DNA of 63,812 bases, filler included, from Octopus bimaculoides (GCF_001194135.2; 5 parts of 5 records of this genome joined end to end with filler, not necessarily neighbours in it); one strand, 5' to 3'; positions 23,996-37,551 are shown, counted from the first letter of the whole stretch. Numbers and translations are program-made. Notes: generated by a model from the letters alone, not told the origin.

Positions 23996-25269
23996 TTACA
24001 AATATATATATATATATANNNNNNNNNNNNNNNNNNNNNNNNNNNNNNNNNNNNNNNNNNNNNNNNNNNNNNNNNNNNNNNNNNNNNNNNNNNNNNNNNN
24101 NNNNNNNNNNNNNNNNNNNNNNNNNNNNNNNNNNNNNNNNNNNNNNNNNNNNNNNNNNNNNNNNNNNNNNNNNNNNNNNNNNNNNNNNNNNNNNNNNNNN
24201 NNNNNNNNNNNNNNNNNNNNNNNNNNNNNNNNNNNNNNNNNNNNNNNNNNNNNNNNNNNNNNNNNNNNNNNNNNNNNNNNNNNNNNNNNNNNNNNNNNNN
24301 NNNNNNNNNNNNNNNNNNNNNNNNNNNNNNNNNNNNNNNNNNNNNNNNNNNNNNNNNNNNNNNNNNNNNNNNNNNNNNNNNNNNNNNNNNNNNNNNNNNN
24401 NNNNNNNNNNNNNNNNNNNNNNNNNNNNNNNNNNNNNNNNNNNNNNNNNNNNNNNNNNNTATATATATATATATATATACATATGTGTGTGTGTGCGTGT
24501 GTGTATGCGTATACAAGTAACTCATCTGTGTTTCGAATATAAAGATAGATATGTCTGCATATATACAAATATAGATTGTGATATATGTATGTATGTATGT
24601 ATGTATGTGCGCATGTGTAGTTAACACAATTATGTATCCATATTTTATGTTACGTGTATAGAGCCATGCACACCTCTACGAATTCACACGCTGATAATAC
24701 ACATTTTATATTCCAATATCTCAATTTACATCTAGATTATATATGCGTATAATGCATGTCTCGTAGTTGAAAGCATTTTTCCGCTGTTCGACACAATTCT
24801 TTAAAAAAACAATTTTGTTTTACAATATCACTTTTTTCCTCTTAGACTAAATCACAATCTATGTGAACCAGTTTTGTTAGACGTGTTTACAATTTATATG
24901 TGTTGCCGGGAATAATGTACTACTGAGGGAAGTTAAAGAACTGAGGCTCTATCGTCTTGGACGGTAGCTCCCGAACGGAGCCCATATAACTCGTACGTTC
25001 TATATTAGATTCTTTTGCGTCCACGGAAGCAAAATATCAAATTGGGTATTCACGATATATTTTAGGGAGCCATGAGAAAGTTTAGTATAAATGTACTTAT
25101 TTTAAGAAACAACTAGCTTTCTTTTTCTACAGCTTAAATAGTTCAGCATAGTAAGGTGCAGACACGCTAATATTTGCCTTTATTTAGGTAAGTGAATAGT
25201 ATTCGAGATAAAAATTCCCCAAACGGTGTCACTTCCTTTTGAAGTTAGTGTTGCTGAAGTAGTTATCTG

Positions 25270-25460
25270 CTTACAGAAGAACCTTATTAAATTATGAGTG
25301 ATGGAATATTTTTCAAGCAAGGTTTAAAGATGGAAAGCGTACTGTGTGGAAAAGAAATGGCACTGCTAAAAAATATTCACTATATTAGAAGAAACTGCAA
25401 TTGTGCGTTACTACTTTTCCTTCATCAAACCCTGTTGAATCCGGTTTCAGCGGCTTCTAA
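25270..25460 (+). mobile_element. hAT (Buster/Charlie, SCAND3-like) transposase C-terminal remnant
   Basis: ARFKDGKRTVWK...*KKLQLCVTTFPSSNPVESGFS matches the FP(T/S)SYLVExGFS dimerisation motif. Confidence 0.65.
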
Positions 25461-25469
25461 CTTAATATC

Positions 25470-25745
25470 TGAAAACCTGGTATCTATTCAACGAAGAATG
25501 AAATGCAAAGTCCACCTTGGTCGAAGTTGAACTCACAGCGCAAAGCCGGAAGAAATGCGGCTGATCATTTTGTCCGGTGTACTAACGAGTCTACTAGATG
25601 GCCGCCTCATCGAAGCCCTAAAATAACGGAAGGCAAACGTCAACTTTGCGAAACTCATCTGGGTTTCAATTCAGACTGAACGTAAAGGGACGGAAATCAA
25701 TACCGCAGGGCATCTTGCTCACTGCTTTACCAATTCTCACGGAAC
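25470..25745 (-). mobile_element. Two degenerate SINE family A copies
   Basis: aatgaaatgcaaagtccaccttggtcgaagttgaactc... and aggcaaacgtcaac...ctgaacgtaaagggacggaaat...aataccgc. Confidence 0.6.
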
Positions 25746-26199
25746 AATAATAAAACGGGATTGGTTGGTTCTAATTTAGAATTTAGAATTTGGAACATAG
25801 AATTTCAATTAACGAACCGATTGCCAAACGGAACCATTCCATAGAAAATATTCGTGATATATCATTCCTTATAAGGAATGGTATGGCACTCACACTACCT
25901 CCCAGTACGGTGATGTTGCTGTTGTTAGTGGTGGTGTTGATGGCATAGCGGTGGTGGTGGTGGTGGTGGTGTTGGTGATTGGGGTGGTAGTGGTGATGGC
26001 GGTGGTGATGGCGAGTTGGTTTTATTAATTAGTTTGTCGATGTCTCTGATGCTACTGATGTTGGGGATGATGGTGATGGTGATGATGATGATGATGAAGT
26101 GTTTGCTAGTCAAACCAGAACGCGACAACACTTTCCAGTGCGCGCGCGGCGCAACTCGATAGTTTTTACCTGTAATTACAAATGATGTCATATCATTTT

Positions 26200-26900
26200 T
26201 ACACCTGTTTTATTTTCCTTTGATGTTTTTTTTTTATGTTTCCATCCGTCGGCAAACGATGTCTCTACTCTTCCTTCTCCACCCCTTTTCATCCTACATA
26301 TTTTTTTACCAACACATCTTTTTCATCTTCGTTCTTGTTCCATTTTCTTTCTTCCTTTTTTCTTCCCGCTTTTCTTCTTTTTCTTTCACCTCTTATTTCA
26401 CTTCTTCTCGTCTGTTTCTTTCATATTATGCATCCATCTTTTATTCTATTTTCATCAATTCCCTTCTTTTTATTCTTCCTCTGTTTAAGGTTATCTTCTT
26501 CATCTTTTATTTCGTTTTTTTTTTCCTTTTCCTTCTTTCTCTTCTTATTCATCTTACTTTCTATATTCTTCTATTTCTTTCTTCGGTTTCTTCGTTTTTC
26601 TTCCTCTTCTTCTTTCCTTCTTCTACTCCCCTTTACTTCCTCTTCATATTTCCTTCTCTTCTTTTCACCCACTCATTCCTTATTCTTCTCTCACTTATCT
26701 TATTCTCCTGACTCTTTATTCTTCATATTTCATTTATTCTTCTTTATCTCCTTCCTTTTTCCTCCACCTAGCTTTCCTTCTTATCCCTCTCCTCTTCTTT
26801 CTTATTTCTTCTTCCTCTATTTTTCCTTTTCTTCCTCCCTTACTCACTCTACTCATTCCCGTAACTCTTTTCTTTCCTTTCTTGCAGCTACCATTACCAT
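26200..26900. repeat. Pyrimidine-rich (T/C) low-complexity tract
   Basis: Almost exclusively T and C on the plus strand. Confidence 0.85.
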
Positions 26901-27204
26901 TACGTCTGCTACTACCACTAATTCTGCTGCCGTTACTTCTATGCCATTGATTTTAGAAATATTCACGACAGAATAACTTCAATCATTCTCCAATTCCAAA
27001 TGTTATTAATTCCACAGAAGTTTACCGAATTAAGAATCATTTCGTTCGTCAACTTTTGGCTCACATGAACAAATAAAATAACACACACAAACATGCAGGT
27101 ATGCACACACATATATACATATATATTACATAAACACAGACACACATATATACATATGTATATGTATATTTATATGTATACAAATATATATAGACATATG
27201 TATA

Positions 27205-27258
<54 letters not shown>

Positions 27259-27553
27259 AAGATAGATGCCTATACATGTATATATAAATACACATACATG
27301 CATACATATATATATATATATACACACACAGATACATACATATATACATATATATATATACACATGCATACAAAAACACAAATACACACACACACAGAAA
27401 CGCACAAATATATATATATACACGCTCGCACGCGCGTACTAAAACAAATGATCAGATAAAGATCTCAAAGGTATAAAAATGTAATTGTTGCAAAGAACTT
27501 TCAGAAATTCATTCGAACTTCTTGAACTTAAAATGAAATTTTATATCGATTTA

Positions 27554-27604
<51 letters not shown>

Positions 27605-28344
27605 NNNNNNNNNNNNNNNNNNNNNNNNNNNNNNNNNNNNNNNNNNNNNNNNNNNNNNNNNNNNNNNNNNNNNNNNNNNNNNNNNNNNNNNNNNNNNNNN
27701 NNNNNNNNNNNNNNNNNNNNNNNNNNNNNNNNNNNNNNNNNNNNNNNNNNNNNNNNNNNNNNNNNNNNNNNNNNNNNNNNNNNNNNNNNNNNNNNNNNNN
27801 NNNNNNNNNNNNNNNNNNNNNNNNNNNNNNNNNNNNNNNNNNNNNNNNNNNNNNNNNNNNNNNNNNNNNNNNNNNNNNNNNNNNNNNNNNNNNNNNNNNN
27901 NNNNNNNNNNNNNNNNNNNNNNNNNNNNNNNNNNNNNNNNNNNNNNNNNNNNNNNNNNNNNNNNNNNNNNNNNNNNNNNNNNNNNNNNNNNNNNNNNNNN
28001 NNNNNNNNNNNNNNNNNNNNNNNNNNNNNNNNNNNNNNNNNNNNNNNNNNNNNNNNNNNNNNNNNNNNNNNNNNNNNNNNNNNNNNNNNNNNNNNNNNNN
28101 NNNNNNNNNNNNNNNNNNNNNNNNNNNATATATATATATATATATATATACCAAAGTAAGCACATAAATGCGAAACAAGGTGGAAAAAATAGTACTCGAA
28201 TGCTAGAGGTAGTGTAATATGCTTTATTTAAAGCAGCAAAAATATTACGCGATATTTTTGCTGCTTTTAATAATGTATATATATATATTATTATATGATA
28301 TATATATATAGAGAGAGAGAGAATCAGGTAGATAGACAGATAGA

Positions 28345-28495
28345 TGACGGTTTACGAAAACCACACACAAGGCATTAGTTGGGACTGTAATAGATTAAAC
28401 GTTCCCAAGGTGCCGCGCAGTGGGAATGAACCCTGAAATCATACGATTGCAAAGTGAACGTCTTAACCACCCACCCACCCACGCCTACACCGCCA
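28345..28495 (-). mobile_element. SINE family B head/core
   Basis: cccaaggtgccgcgcagtgggaatgaaccc...cacgcctacacc. Confidence 0.7.
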
Positions 28496-28859
28496 TACAC
28501 AGCCTCGTCTTTATGCTTATGCTTTGCTTTTGTCTTATTGTTTGTTTATTAATCTTACTCGTGTTCCAAGCGTGTTTTTTGAAGAACTTTATTATCCATG
28601 GAATTTTTTTCCTATTTATCGTGTCTATGTTTATGAAATTCTATAAAGCGTATATCCTGTTAGTAAAACTAGGAAGGTTTTATTCACGGTTCATCGGCCA
28701 TGCATTAGATTTACTTGTTTTTGCGAAGACGGCTTGTTTGTCAAATTGTACAGGAAGATCTCTTACGGTTCACCGGTTGTTCACTCATTCGCGCTGTTGA
28801 CTCGTTTTTATAGTTAATTCTACGTCGGCGGAGAGTTTTATTGTTCGAGAGTAAGAGAA

Positions 28860-28913
28860 CGTGATGGTGATGACAAGAATGACGACGACGAAAACGATGA
28901 TGATTACGATGAC

Positions 28914-28965
<52 letters not shown>

Positions 28966-29420
28966 GTGATGATGATGCTACTGCCACTACTGAAGAAGAA
29001 GAAGAAGAAGAAGAAGAAGAAGAAGAAGAAGAAGAAGAAGAAGAAGAAGAAGAAGAAGAAGAAGAAGAGGAGGAGGAGGGGAAGGAGGGGAAGGAGGGGA
29101 AGGAGGGGAAGGAGGGGGAAGGAGGAGGAGTGAGAGGAAGTGGAGGAGGTTGTGGAGGGAAATGATGAGAAGGAAAATGGGTCAGAAAAATGAAGATGAG
29201 AAGGGGATAGGAAGATAATGACGATGAGGAAGATGATGGGATCGGTGACTAGTGGCAGGAAGAGGAAGATAAGAAAAGGAGGAGGTAGATGATGAAGAGG
29301 AAGGTGACGACGATGAGGAGGGGTAGGAAGGGGATGAGGAAGATGAGGAGAGGTAGGAAGGGAAAGTTGAGGAGGAGGAGTAGGAAGGGAAAGTTGAGGA
29401 GGAGGAGTAGGAATATAAAT
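28860..29420. repeat. Compound (GAT)n-(GAA)n-(GGA)n purine-rich tract
   Basis: Direct reading. Confidence 0.9.
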
Positions 29421-30109
29421 AAATATCTCAGCACTCATCAATTGCTAAAATCTACAAAAGCCCTAGAGAAGCCCTCAACGGAACATTGATCCTGTACCTG
29501 GTACAGTGCCGTTGCAACTCACACAAATATCTGAACCCCATCGACTGATTAGCAGTAAATGTCTAACGGTCCATATCATGGTCTACAGAAGAGCTGACTC
29601 TCTGTCTTCTTTGTTAATGCTATAAAGGGCCAGTTTCTCTAAGTTGTCTGGCCTCGCACATCCACCACTCAGATAACCCCCATCCCCGATCTCACTCGTC
29701 TCTGCACCCCTCGTCACACATGTTACGTCTAACCTCCTCGGCGCAGCACTAATCACTATGTTAATGACTCCTGTTCGTAGCTTTCTTGTTAGTGTTGAGC
29801 TGTAACAGTTGAAGTGTAGCATGAAAGACATGAAGCACGAATTTCTATGAGAGACGGAAAGATCATGGTTCTGCCCCTCCAGCAGGAATGACAAGTGACA
29901 AGAAATTAATCATTGATATGTCAGAGAGATACTTTCCTGGCACCTGGTAAGTTGCTACGGAATTCTTCAGTGACCAGATCATAGTTGGTGAAGCAAAAAT
30001 GTTGACACCGAATAATAAATGTTAAAAGTGAAGTTAAAAGTCGTGTGCTTTTGAATGGCTCTGTCTTCCATACCGCATCTGAATCATTAATATTATTCTT
30101 CTTACAAAG

Positions 30110-30320
30110 CAAGGTCGGCGAGTTGGCAGAATCGTTAGCACGCCGGGCAAAATACTTAACGGTATTTCATCTGCAGTTACGTTCTGAGTTCAAATTACGC
30201 AGAAGACGACTTTGCCTTTCATCCTTTCTGGGTTGATGAATTAAGCATCAGGGAAATACTGCGTTGGGTGTAATCAGCTAGTCCCCTCCCCAAGAATCTC
30301 AGGTCTTTAGTAAAAAAGGA
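30110..30320 (+). mobile_element. SINE family A (full length)
   Basis: GGCGAGTTGGCAGAATCGTTAGCACGCCGGGC...GAGTTCAAATTACGC...TTTGCCTTTCATCC. Confidence 0.9.
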
Positions 30321-32059
30321 TTCTTCCCTCAAAGTAAGCACCGGTCATAAAGGCGAACACGTAATCGATAATACAACAGTCCTTTCTCAAGGTAAGTACC
30401 AATCCTACACTTGGGTCGGTTCGATCAGTTATATTGCCACCACCACCACCACCACCATCACAATCAAACCATGTTATGTGTCTATCTGTCTGAGGAACTC
30501 TTGATTGGTTTAAAAGTTTGTTGAGGTTTTTTTTCTTGCGTTCCGATATCAAGAATTTACTGATTATTCATGAACCATTTTCGAAATTTATATTAATGAA
30601 AATGCCTATAGGTTTAGGTGATTTTATATTTACTTCTTAACAATAGAATGACACTGGACAGAAGGTGAGAAAAACAGCATATTCATTTAGTATTCAACAT
30701 TTCGACGTTATAATTCTGCAAGTGTTCCTTCGGCGTTGCTTCCAGTATCTGGTTATATATGAATATTTTAATATTTCCCTTTAAAGTATTTTTATGAGTC
30801 GCATCTGGCCAAGACAATCAAGTGTCAGGTGATTTTTATTGTTGCCAAGAGGAATGTGGTAATTCCTATGAGGTTTCTGTCGCTAATGTTGTACGTCTCA
30901 ATACACGTTCGAAGCACTTAAGACACACGTTGGTCTAACGTTTAGTTTCAGCTTGCCTCTAAATACTTCCTTACTTGCGGTGGCATTCACCTAGGGTCAG
31001 TTGAGCCGGCTCCGACCAACGAGTTCAGGGTTTCACATGTGGTCCCCGGTGGTGGCAATACAACTGACCACACTTTGGAATTGTGTATTCATTTAACGGT
31101 GACAAAAAAATACTTCCGTTACGACGAACGACGGGGGAAAGAGATATTTACACCAAGCGAATCAATTTGTATTTATCTGTGAGAGATGTGTGTATGTGTG
31201 TGTGTCAACAGTAATACTGAGCTGTAGAAGTCATCGAATTCTCTGACCGAATTTGAATGGCATAAATTCCTGTAGGTACTTGACTTTAGCTGTGTCACGA
31301 ATCACAAATCAATGACCAAACGATCTACATATAGCTAATGATCTGTCAAAAAAAAAGGGCGCCAAAGACAAAATCGTTAATGGTATTTCGATATGTTGTT
31401 CATCCAAATATGGTTGTTAACGATAAGTGAAATGTCAACGAGTTAAGCATCTACTATGACTATCGTATTTTCGCCACTCAGCTCATCTACTGGCGAAAAC
31501 AAGCTTTTGATGTGTCTACGAGAGACCTGAACGGCTAGTTATTTGATGACGTCATCAATCCCAAATGAAATGTTGCTTGTATCGAAGCAGAATTATTTCG
31601 AGTTCAATTTCTTTGCAGTGAATGGTTGTCTGGAACTCTACTAATATTAATGCTAATACGATACAAGAAACGGAAAATAGTAGAGAGACTATCAAAGACT
31701 ATTATGTTCAAACTGTATTAGTTAGTTATTTGAAAACAGTATAATTGAAGAGATGGAACTTATTGACCACTTAAGATATCGATTTGCTTGTTTAAGTCTT
31801 GTTTTATATAAAGGTAATCGAGATGGAAAGTTGTTGACAAAGTAAAGTGAGTATAGTTACGTCATGTTTAATGATATTATAATTGGTAAGCAACTTCCAC
31901 ATTGTTTTCCGGTTATAGGATATGTCTCTCTCCCTCTCTCTCTCTTTTTCTCTTTATCTATCTTTTTCTCTATATCTATCTTTCAATTTCTCTCTTTCTC
32001 TCTCTCTATCTCTCTTTAAATTGGAAAGCACTTTAAATTGTTTTATTGCATCATATATA

Positions 32060-32067
32060 ACCACAAC

Positions 32068-32134
<67 letters not shown>

Positions 32135-32154
32135 TTAATAATAAAGACGACAAC

Positions 32155-32238
<84 letters not shown>
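32060..32238. repeat. (AAT)n + (GAT)n compound microsatellite
   Basis: Direct reading. Confidence 0.95.
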
Positions 32239-32389
32239 CGCGGAGATTTTACTCATCTCTCTTGACAGTAAATCAAAATTGCATATAATTGAAAAATGCT
32301 ATTAAATTACATTTTCAGAATTTCAAAACGACTTTTCTACTACCTTTGTAATTATATACATATATATATATATATAAAATACTATATAT

Positions 32390-32437
<48 letters not shown>

Positions 32438-34269
32438 AATACTATCTTGAAAATTTTACTTGTTGGTATTGTCACAGTTATAACGTGTATGTCATAGCAT
32501 GTGAATATTTAAAATGGTAGTTTGAGCGGAATCAAACAGTGCCAAGATCATGTCACAAAGGAGATATCGGAAATAGAAGACCAGATAGATCTTGGATTAC
32601 TAAGGCGGTACTCCAGCATGGCCGCAATCAAATGACTGTAACAGGTAAAAGAATATATATATATATTTCCAAGATTTATTTATGTTCAACTGAATGAATT
32701 TAATAAAAGCATGAAACATCATGAAAATTGTTCAAACTGAAGTCCTTGGGCGACACATTTTTCCTTTCGAGTCAAGACAGAATTACAGATAGTGTCTATT
32801 GAATTTTGATTTTTGATTTACTGTCGGGTGACTTTTGACCAACCATGTACAAACACACACACACACACACACACANNNNNNNNNNNNNNNNNNNNNNNNN
32901 NNNNNNNNNNNNNNNNNNNNNNNNNNNNNNNNNNNNNNNNNNNNNNNNNNNNNNNNNNNNNNNNNNNNNNNNNNNNNNNNNNNNNNNNNNNNNNNNNNNN
33001 NNNNNNNNNNNNNNNNNNNNNNNNNNNNNNNNNNNNNNNNNNNNNNNNNNNNNNNNNNNNNNNNNNNNNNNNNNNNNNNNNNNNNNNNNNNNNNNNNNNN
33101 NNNNNNNNNNNNNNNNNNNNNNNNNNNNNNNNNNNNNNNNNNNNNNNNNNNNNNNNNNNNNNNNNNNNNNNNNNNNNNNNNNNNNNNNNNNNNNNNNNNN
33201 NNNNNNNNNNNNNNNNNNNNNNNNNNNNNNNNNNNNNNNNNNNNNNNNNNNNNNNNNNNNNNNNNNNNNNNNNNNNNNNNNNNNNNNNNNNNNNNNNNNN
33301 NNNNNNNNNNNNNNNNNNNNNNNNNNNNNNNNNNNNNNNNNNNNNNNNNNNNNNNNNNNNNNNNNNNNNNNNNNNNNNNNNNNNNNNNNNNNNNNNNNNN
33401 NNNNNNNNNNNNNNNNNNNNNNNNNNNNNNNNNNNNNNNNNNNNNNNNNNNNNNNNNNNNNNNNNNNNNNNNNNNNNNNNNNNNNNNNNNNNNNNNNNNT
33501 ATTTATTTTTTTGAACTGAAATCTGTTCACCCAACTGTGTTTGACATTAAATGTATTATCGTTTAGGGCGACTGAAAATTGAATAAAAGATTGTGCATTA
33601 GTATGATAATATTTCATCATCTATTGCTCGTGCCATTGTTATTCTGCTTTTTATTTAGTCTTATTTATTTATATTTTTTGTATAATTTATATCTGTTTGT
33701 TTCGTCTTGGTTTTATTTTATGCTTTATCTCACCAAAGAACCAGTCTTCTTTTTTTTTTTCTTTTTTTTACTTGCTGGAATCTCGTATCGTCATTGCCAA
33801 AAGCGAGTCGATACGTGTTCTTGCGTTGCTCTTGGAAAGCTTTTCAACTAACGACATACAGACATACAAAGACATACAGAGACACACAGACACACGCTGT
33901 GATTTATTATCATAACAATGGATGCTACACTGATTACTGAAATAAATACTCGGTTTCACAAGAAATGTTGTGACATTTATTTCGACGCCAGATTTGAAGA
34001 TTTAACTTTTACAGCAACAAAAAAAGAAAGTAAAAGAATACAAAATATAATCCAATTAAAAAAAACACGACCCATTAAATTGTTTTTTGTTGCTGATTTT
34101 TGTTTCTTGTTATTTTTTCTTTTGTTGCCTTTGTTGTTTTCCATGAAAACCTCAATATGTCAGCCATGAATGGGCTAAGATTGAGCGATGGTCGGAGTTG
34201 TCTCTGGCAATGCATCCTCGTCCTTCGCATGATCATTACTTCCCTTGGAAAATATTCTTTTCTGCTCTA

Positions 34270-34480
34270 GGCGCAAGGCCAGTCGATTAGATCGATCCCC
34301 AGTACGCAACTGGTACTTAATTTATCGATGCCCAAAAGATGAAAAGCAAAGCCGACCTCGGCGGAATTTGAACTCAGAACATAAAGACAGCCGAAATACC
34401 GCTAAGCAATTTGGAAGAACTGGAAGAAACGCCACTAAGCATTTTGTACGTCGCGCTTACCATCCTGCCAAATGCTTCTG
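34270..34480 (-). mobile_element. SINE family A
   Basis: gatgaaaagcaaagccgacctcggcggaatttgaactcagaac...aataccgctaagc, the reverse complement of the consensus seen elsewhere in the window. Confidence 0.85.
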
Positions 34481-34639
34481 ATTCATGCACAAAAACCTGC
34501 AGCTTCGATTGATGGGGGTTACACGATGATAGAACTCTGTATGCTTTGATAACTCTTTATTCATAAATCATATTGTACGGTGGTTACTCTGGTATCGTCA
34601 TCATTCACATTACTGTCATCATGCTGATCACGAATTCTT

Positions 34640-34709
34640 CAACCCTCGCCACCGTCGTCATCACCGTCATCGTTATCATTATCACCGTCATCGTCATCAC
34701 CGTCATCGC

Positions 34710-34795
<86 letters not shown>

Positions 34796-34920
34796 ACATC
34801 ATCATCATCATCATCATCGTTATCTTCATGATTGTCATCACCACCATCGTCATCGTCATCGTCATCATCATCATTATCATCATCACCATCACCATGAACA
34901 ACAATATCATCGTCATCTGC
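34640..34920. repeat. (ATC)n microsatellite
   Basis: Direct reading. Confidence 0.95.
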
Positions 34921-34964
34921 AGGATCCTTATCACCAATATTATCATTCACATAGTTATAAAATT

Positions 34965-35064
34965 NNNNNNNNNNNNNNNNNNNNNNNNNNNNNNNNNNNN
35001 NNNNNNNNTTAATTAATTAANNNNNNNNNNNNNNNNNNNNNNNNNNNNNNNNNNNNNNNNNNNN
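34965..35064. other. Assembly spacer 44N-TTAATTAATTAA-44N
   Basis: Same cassette as 22191. Confidence 0.95.
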
Positions 35065-35108
<44 letters not shown>

Positions 35109-35266
35109 TGTATATATGCTTATGTATACCTGAATATATGTGTGTATGTGTGCTTGTATATGTACGTGTCTATGTGCATATGTATATATGTATATACGTA
35201 TACACATAGATACGTACATATAGAGGCACACATACACACATATACATTCAGATATGCATATACATG

Positions 35267-35298
<32 letters not shown>

Positions 35299-35299
<1 letters not shown>

Positions 35300-36504
35300 C
35301 TATATATATAAAAATGAGAATGTGTGTGTGTGTCTGTCTGTCTGTCTGTCTGTTTCCCTAAAACTCGAGAACTACACAACCAATTTCATTCAAATTTTAC
35401 ACATGTCTTACTTAGGGTTCCGGTTGTGTTTTAGTCAAAAGAAATTTTTAACTTCTTGCATAGTTCAAGCCCACAGCAACATCATATCTCCTCCACTATT
35501 TAAGTATTACGTGTCAAAAGTGAAACAAAAACACTCATGNNNNNNNNNNNNNNNNNNNNNNNNNNNNNNNNNNNNNNNNNNNNNNNNNNNNNNNNNNNNN
35601 NNNNNNNNNNNNNNNNNNNNNNNNNNNNNNNNNNNNNNNNNNNNNNNNNNNNNNNNNNNNNNNNNNNNNNNNNNNNNNNNNNNNNNNNNNNNNNNNNNNN
35701 NNNNNNNNNNNNNNNNNNNNNNNNNNNNNNNNNNNNNNNNNNNNNNNNNNNNNNNNNNNNNNNNNNNNNNNNNNNNNNNNNNNNNNNNNNNNNNNNNNNN
35801 NNNNNNNNNNNNNNNNNNNNNNNNNNNNNNNNNNNNNNNNNNNNNNNNNNNNNNNNNNNNNNNNNNNNNNNNNNNNNNNNNNNNNNNNNNNNNNNNNNNN
35901 NNNNNNNNNNNNNNNNNNNNNNNNNNNNNNNNNNNNNNNNNNNNNNNNNNNNNNNNNNNNNNNNNNNNNNNNNNNNNNNNNNNNNNNNNNNNNNNNNNNN
36001 NNNNNNNNNNNNNNNNNNNNNNNNNNNNNNNNNNNNNNNNNNNNNNNNNNNNNNNNNNNNNNNNNNNNNNNNNNNNNNNNNNNNNNNNNNNNNNNNNNNN
36101 NNNNNNNNNNNNNNNNNNNNNNNNNNNNNNNNNNNNNNNNNNNNNNNNNNNNNNNNNNNNNNNNNNNNNNNNNNNNNNNNNNNNNNNNNNNNNNNNNNNN
36201 NNNNNNNNNNNNNNNNNNNNNNNNNNNNNNNNNNNNNNNNNNNNNNNNNNNNNNNNNNNNNNNNNNNNNNNNNNNNNNNNNNNNNNNNNNNNNNNNNNNN
36301 NGGTAACATTGATTTCAAGGCCTTCCCAGATGAGAGACTGGCATTCCACTTAATGTCTATGTTCCATGCTGGCATGGATTGGAGAGTTATTAATGTAGAA
36401 ATATGGTATCGTAGCTACTAACAGTTGAGGGTTGCGTAGTCTAGACAGCGTTTTTAGATTTCATTATTCTCTTTAACCCGGGCAAAGCCGGGTATTTCTG
36501 CTAG
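35299..36504 (+). mobile_element. Non-autonomous Helitron (5' TC, (CTGT)n, 3' hairpin + CTAG), middle in gap
   Basis: A|TC at 35298/35299 followed by TATATATATAAAAATGAGAATGTG..(CTGT)n; 3' ACCCGG-GCAAAG-CCGGGT hairpin (36476-36493), then CTAG|T at 36501-36505. Linking the two ends across the gap is an inference. Confidence 0.7.
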
Positions 36505-36786
36505 TATATATATAAATGAAATATTCAAACACTGAGATTTGAAGTTAGATGTCACTACTGTTCATATCATCTGTGGATAAATTCAAAATTTGATGATATC
36601 ACCAGTAGTAGCATGGGTGGAACGCAGTTATGATAGCGTTAAGGAGCTATGAAATTTGCACGAAGCTTAATGATGCTTAATGAGCATCTACTTGCTAGAA
36701 TTAAGAGCCAAGTCTTAAATAATACATGTTGCATACACATCTATTTGCTTGAAAGTATGTTTGTAAATATATATATTTGTGTGTGT

Positions 36787-36820
<34 letters not shown>

Positions 36821-36830
36821 NNNNNNNNNN

Positions 36831-36874
<44 letters not shown>

Positions 36875-36924
36875 CATATATGTCTATTTGTGTTTGTATA
36901 TGCATACACACGCATGCACGCACA

Positions 36925-37068
36925 CTTATTTTTACCAGCTGAGTAAACTGGAGCAATGTGAAAAAAAAAGTGTCTTACTCAAGAAGACAACGCCTCGGCG
37001 GGAATTGAACTCGTGACCTTATGATCGTGAGCCTAATACCTTAACCCACCAAGTCATACGCCTTCACC
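36925..37068 (-). mobile_element. tRNA-derived SINE of a third family, fragment
   Basis: The reverse complement carries a B-box GAGTTCAATTCC (ggaattgaactcg) and ...GTGTCTTCTTGAGTAAGACAC-like body. Confidence 0.6.
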
Positions 37069-37209
37069 GAGATATAAATTGCTCTAAAAAACTTCTGAAA
37101 TGGAGCTCATACTTATAAACACGCACACTTACACATACACATACGCACACATTCATATACATACACGCATACACACACACTCACACACACATTCGCACAC
37201 ATACACAAA

Positions 37210-37400
37210 GAGAAGAAATAGCCCGGGCGTAAATTTAGATAATTTATTCCGTGCTGATGTACTAAATAACGTCTTCCGGCGCATGTCAATGACACTTCGT
37301 ACGTAGTGACGTAAGAGAAGAATTAGCCCGGGCGTAAATTTAAATAATTTATTCTGTGCTGATGTACTAAATAATGTTTCCCGGCGCATGTCAATGCACT
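37210..37400. repeat. About 1.8 copies of a CpG-containing 105-bp tandem unit
   Basis: GAGAAGAA(A/T)TAGCCCGGGCGTAAATTTA...GGCGCATGTCAATG at 37210 and 37315. Confidence 0.9.
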
Positions 37401-37451
37401 GAAATTTGCCCTGCTTTTGAGAGAGAAATATATGTATATATATGTGTGCGT

Positions 37452-37551
37452 GTGGCACCTTGGGTAAGTGTCTTCTACTATAGCCTCAGGCCAACCAAAG
37501 CTTTGAGTGGATTTGGTAGACGGAGACTGAACGAAACCCGCCGTATATATA
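37452..37551 (+). mobile_element. SINE family B core, 5'-truncated
   Basis: GTGGCACCTTGGGTAAGTGTCTTCTACTATAGCCTCAGGCCAACCAAAGC...GGTAGACGGAGACTGAAC. Confidence 0.9.

Noticed and set aside
26220-26976. Phe/Ser/Leu-rich multi-TM-looking ORFs
   Set aside because: They are a by-product of a T/C-only tract.
37210-37400. CRISPR-like or ribozyme reading of the 105-bp repeat
   Set aside because: Only two units, no unique spacers, eukaryotic context; the CTGATGT motif lacks A9 and has no downstream GAAA.
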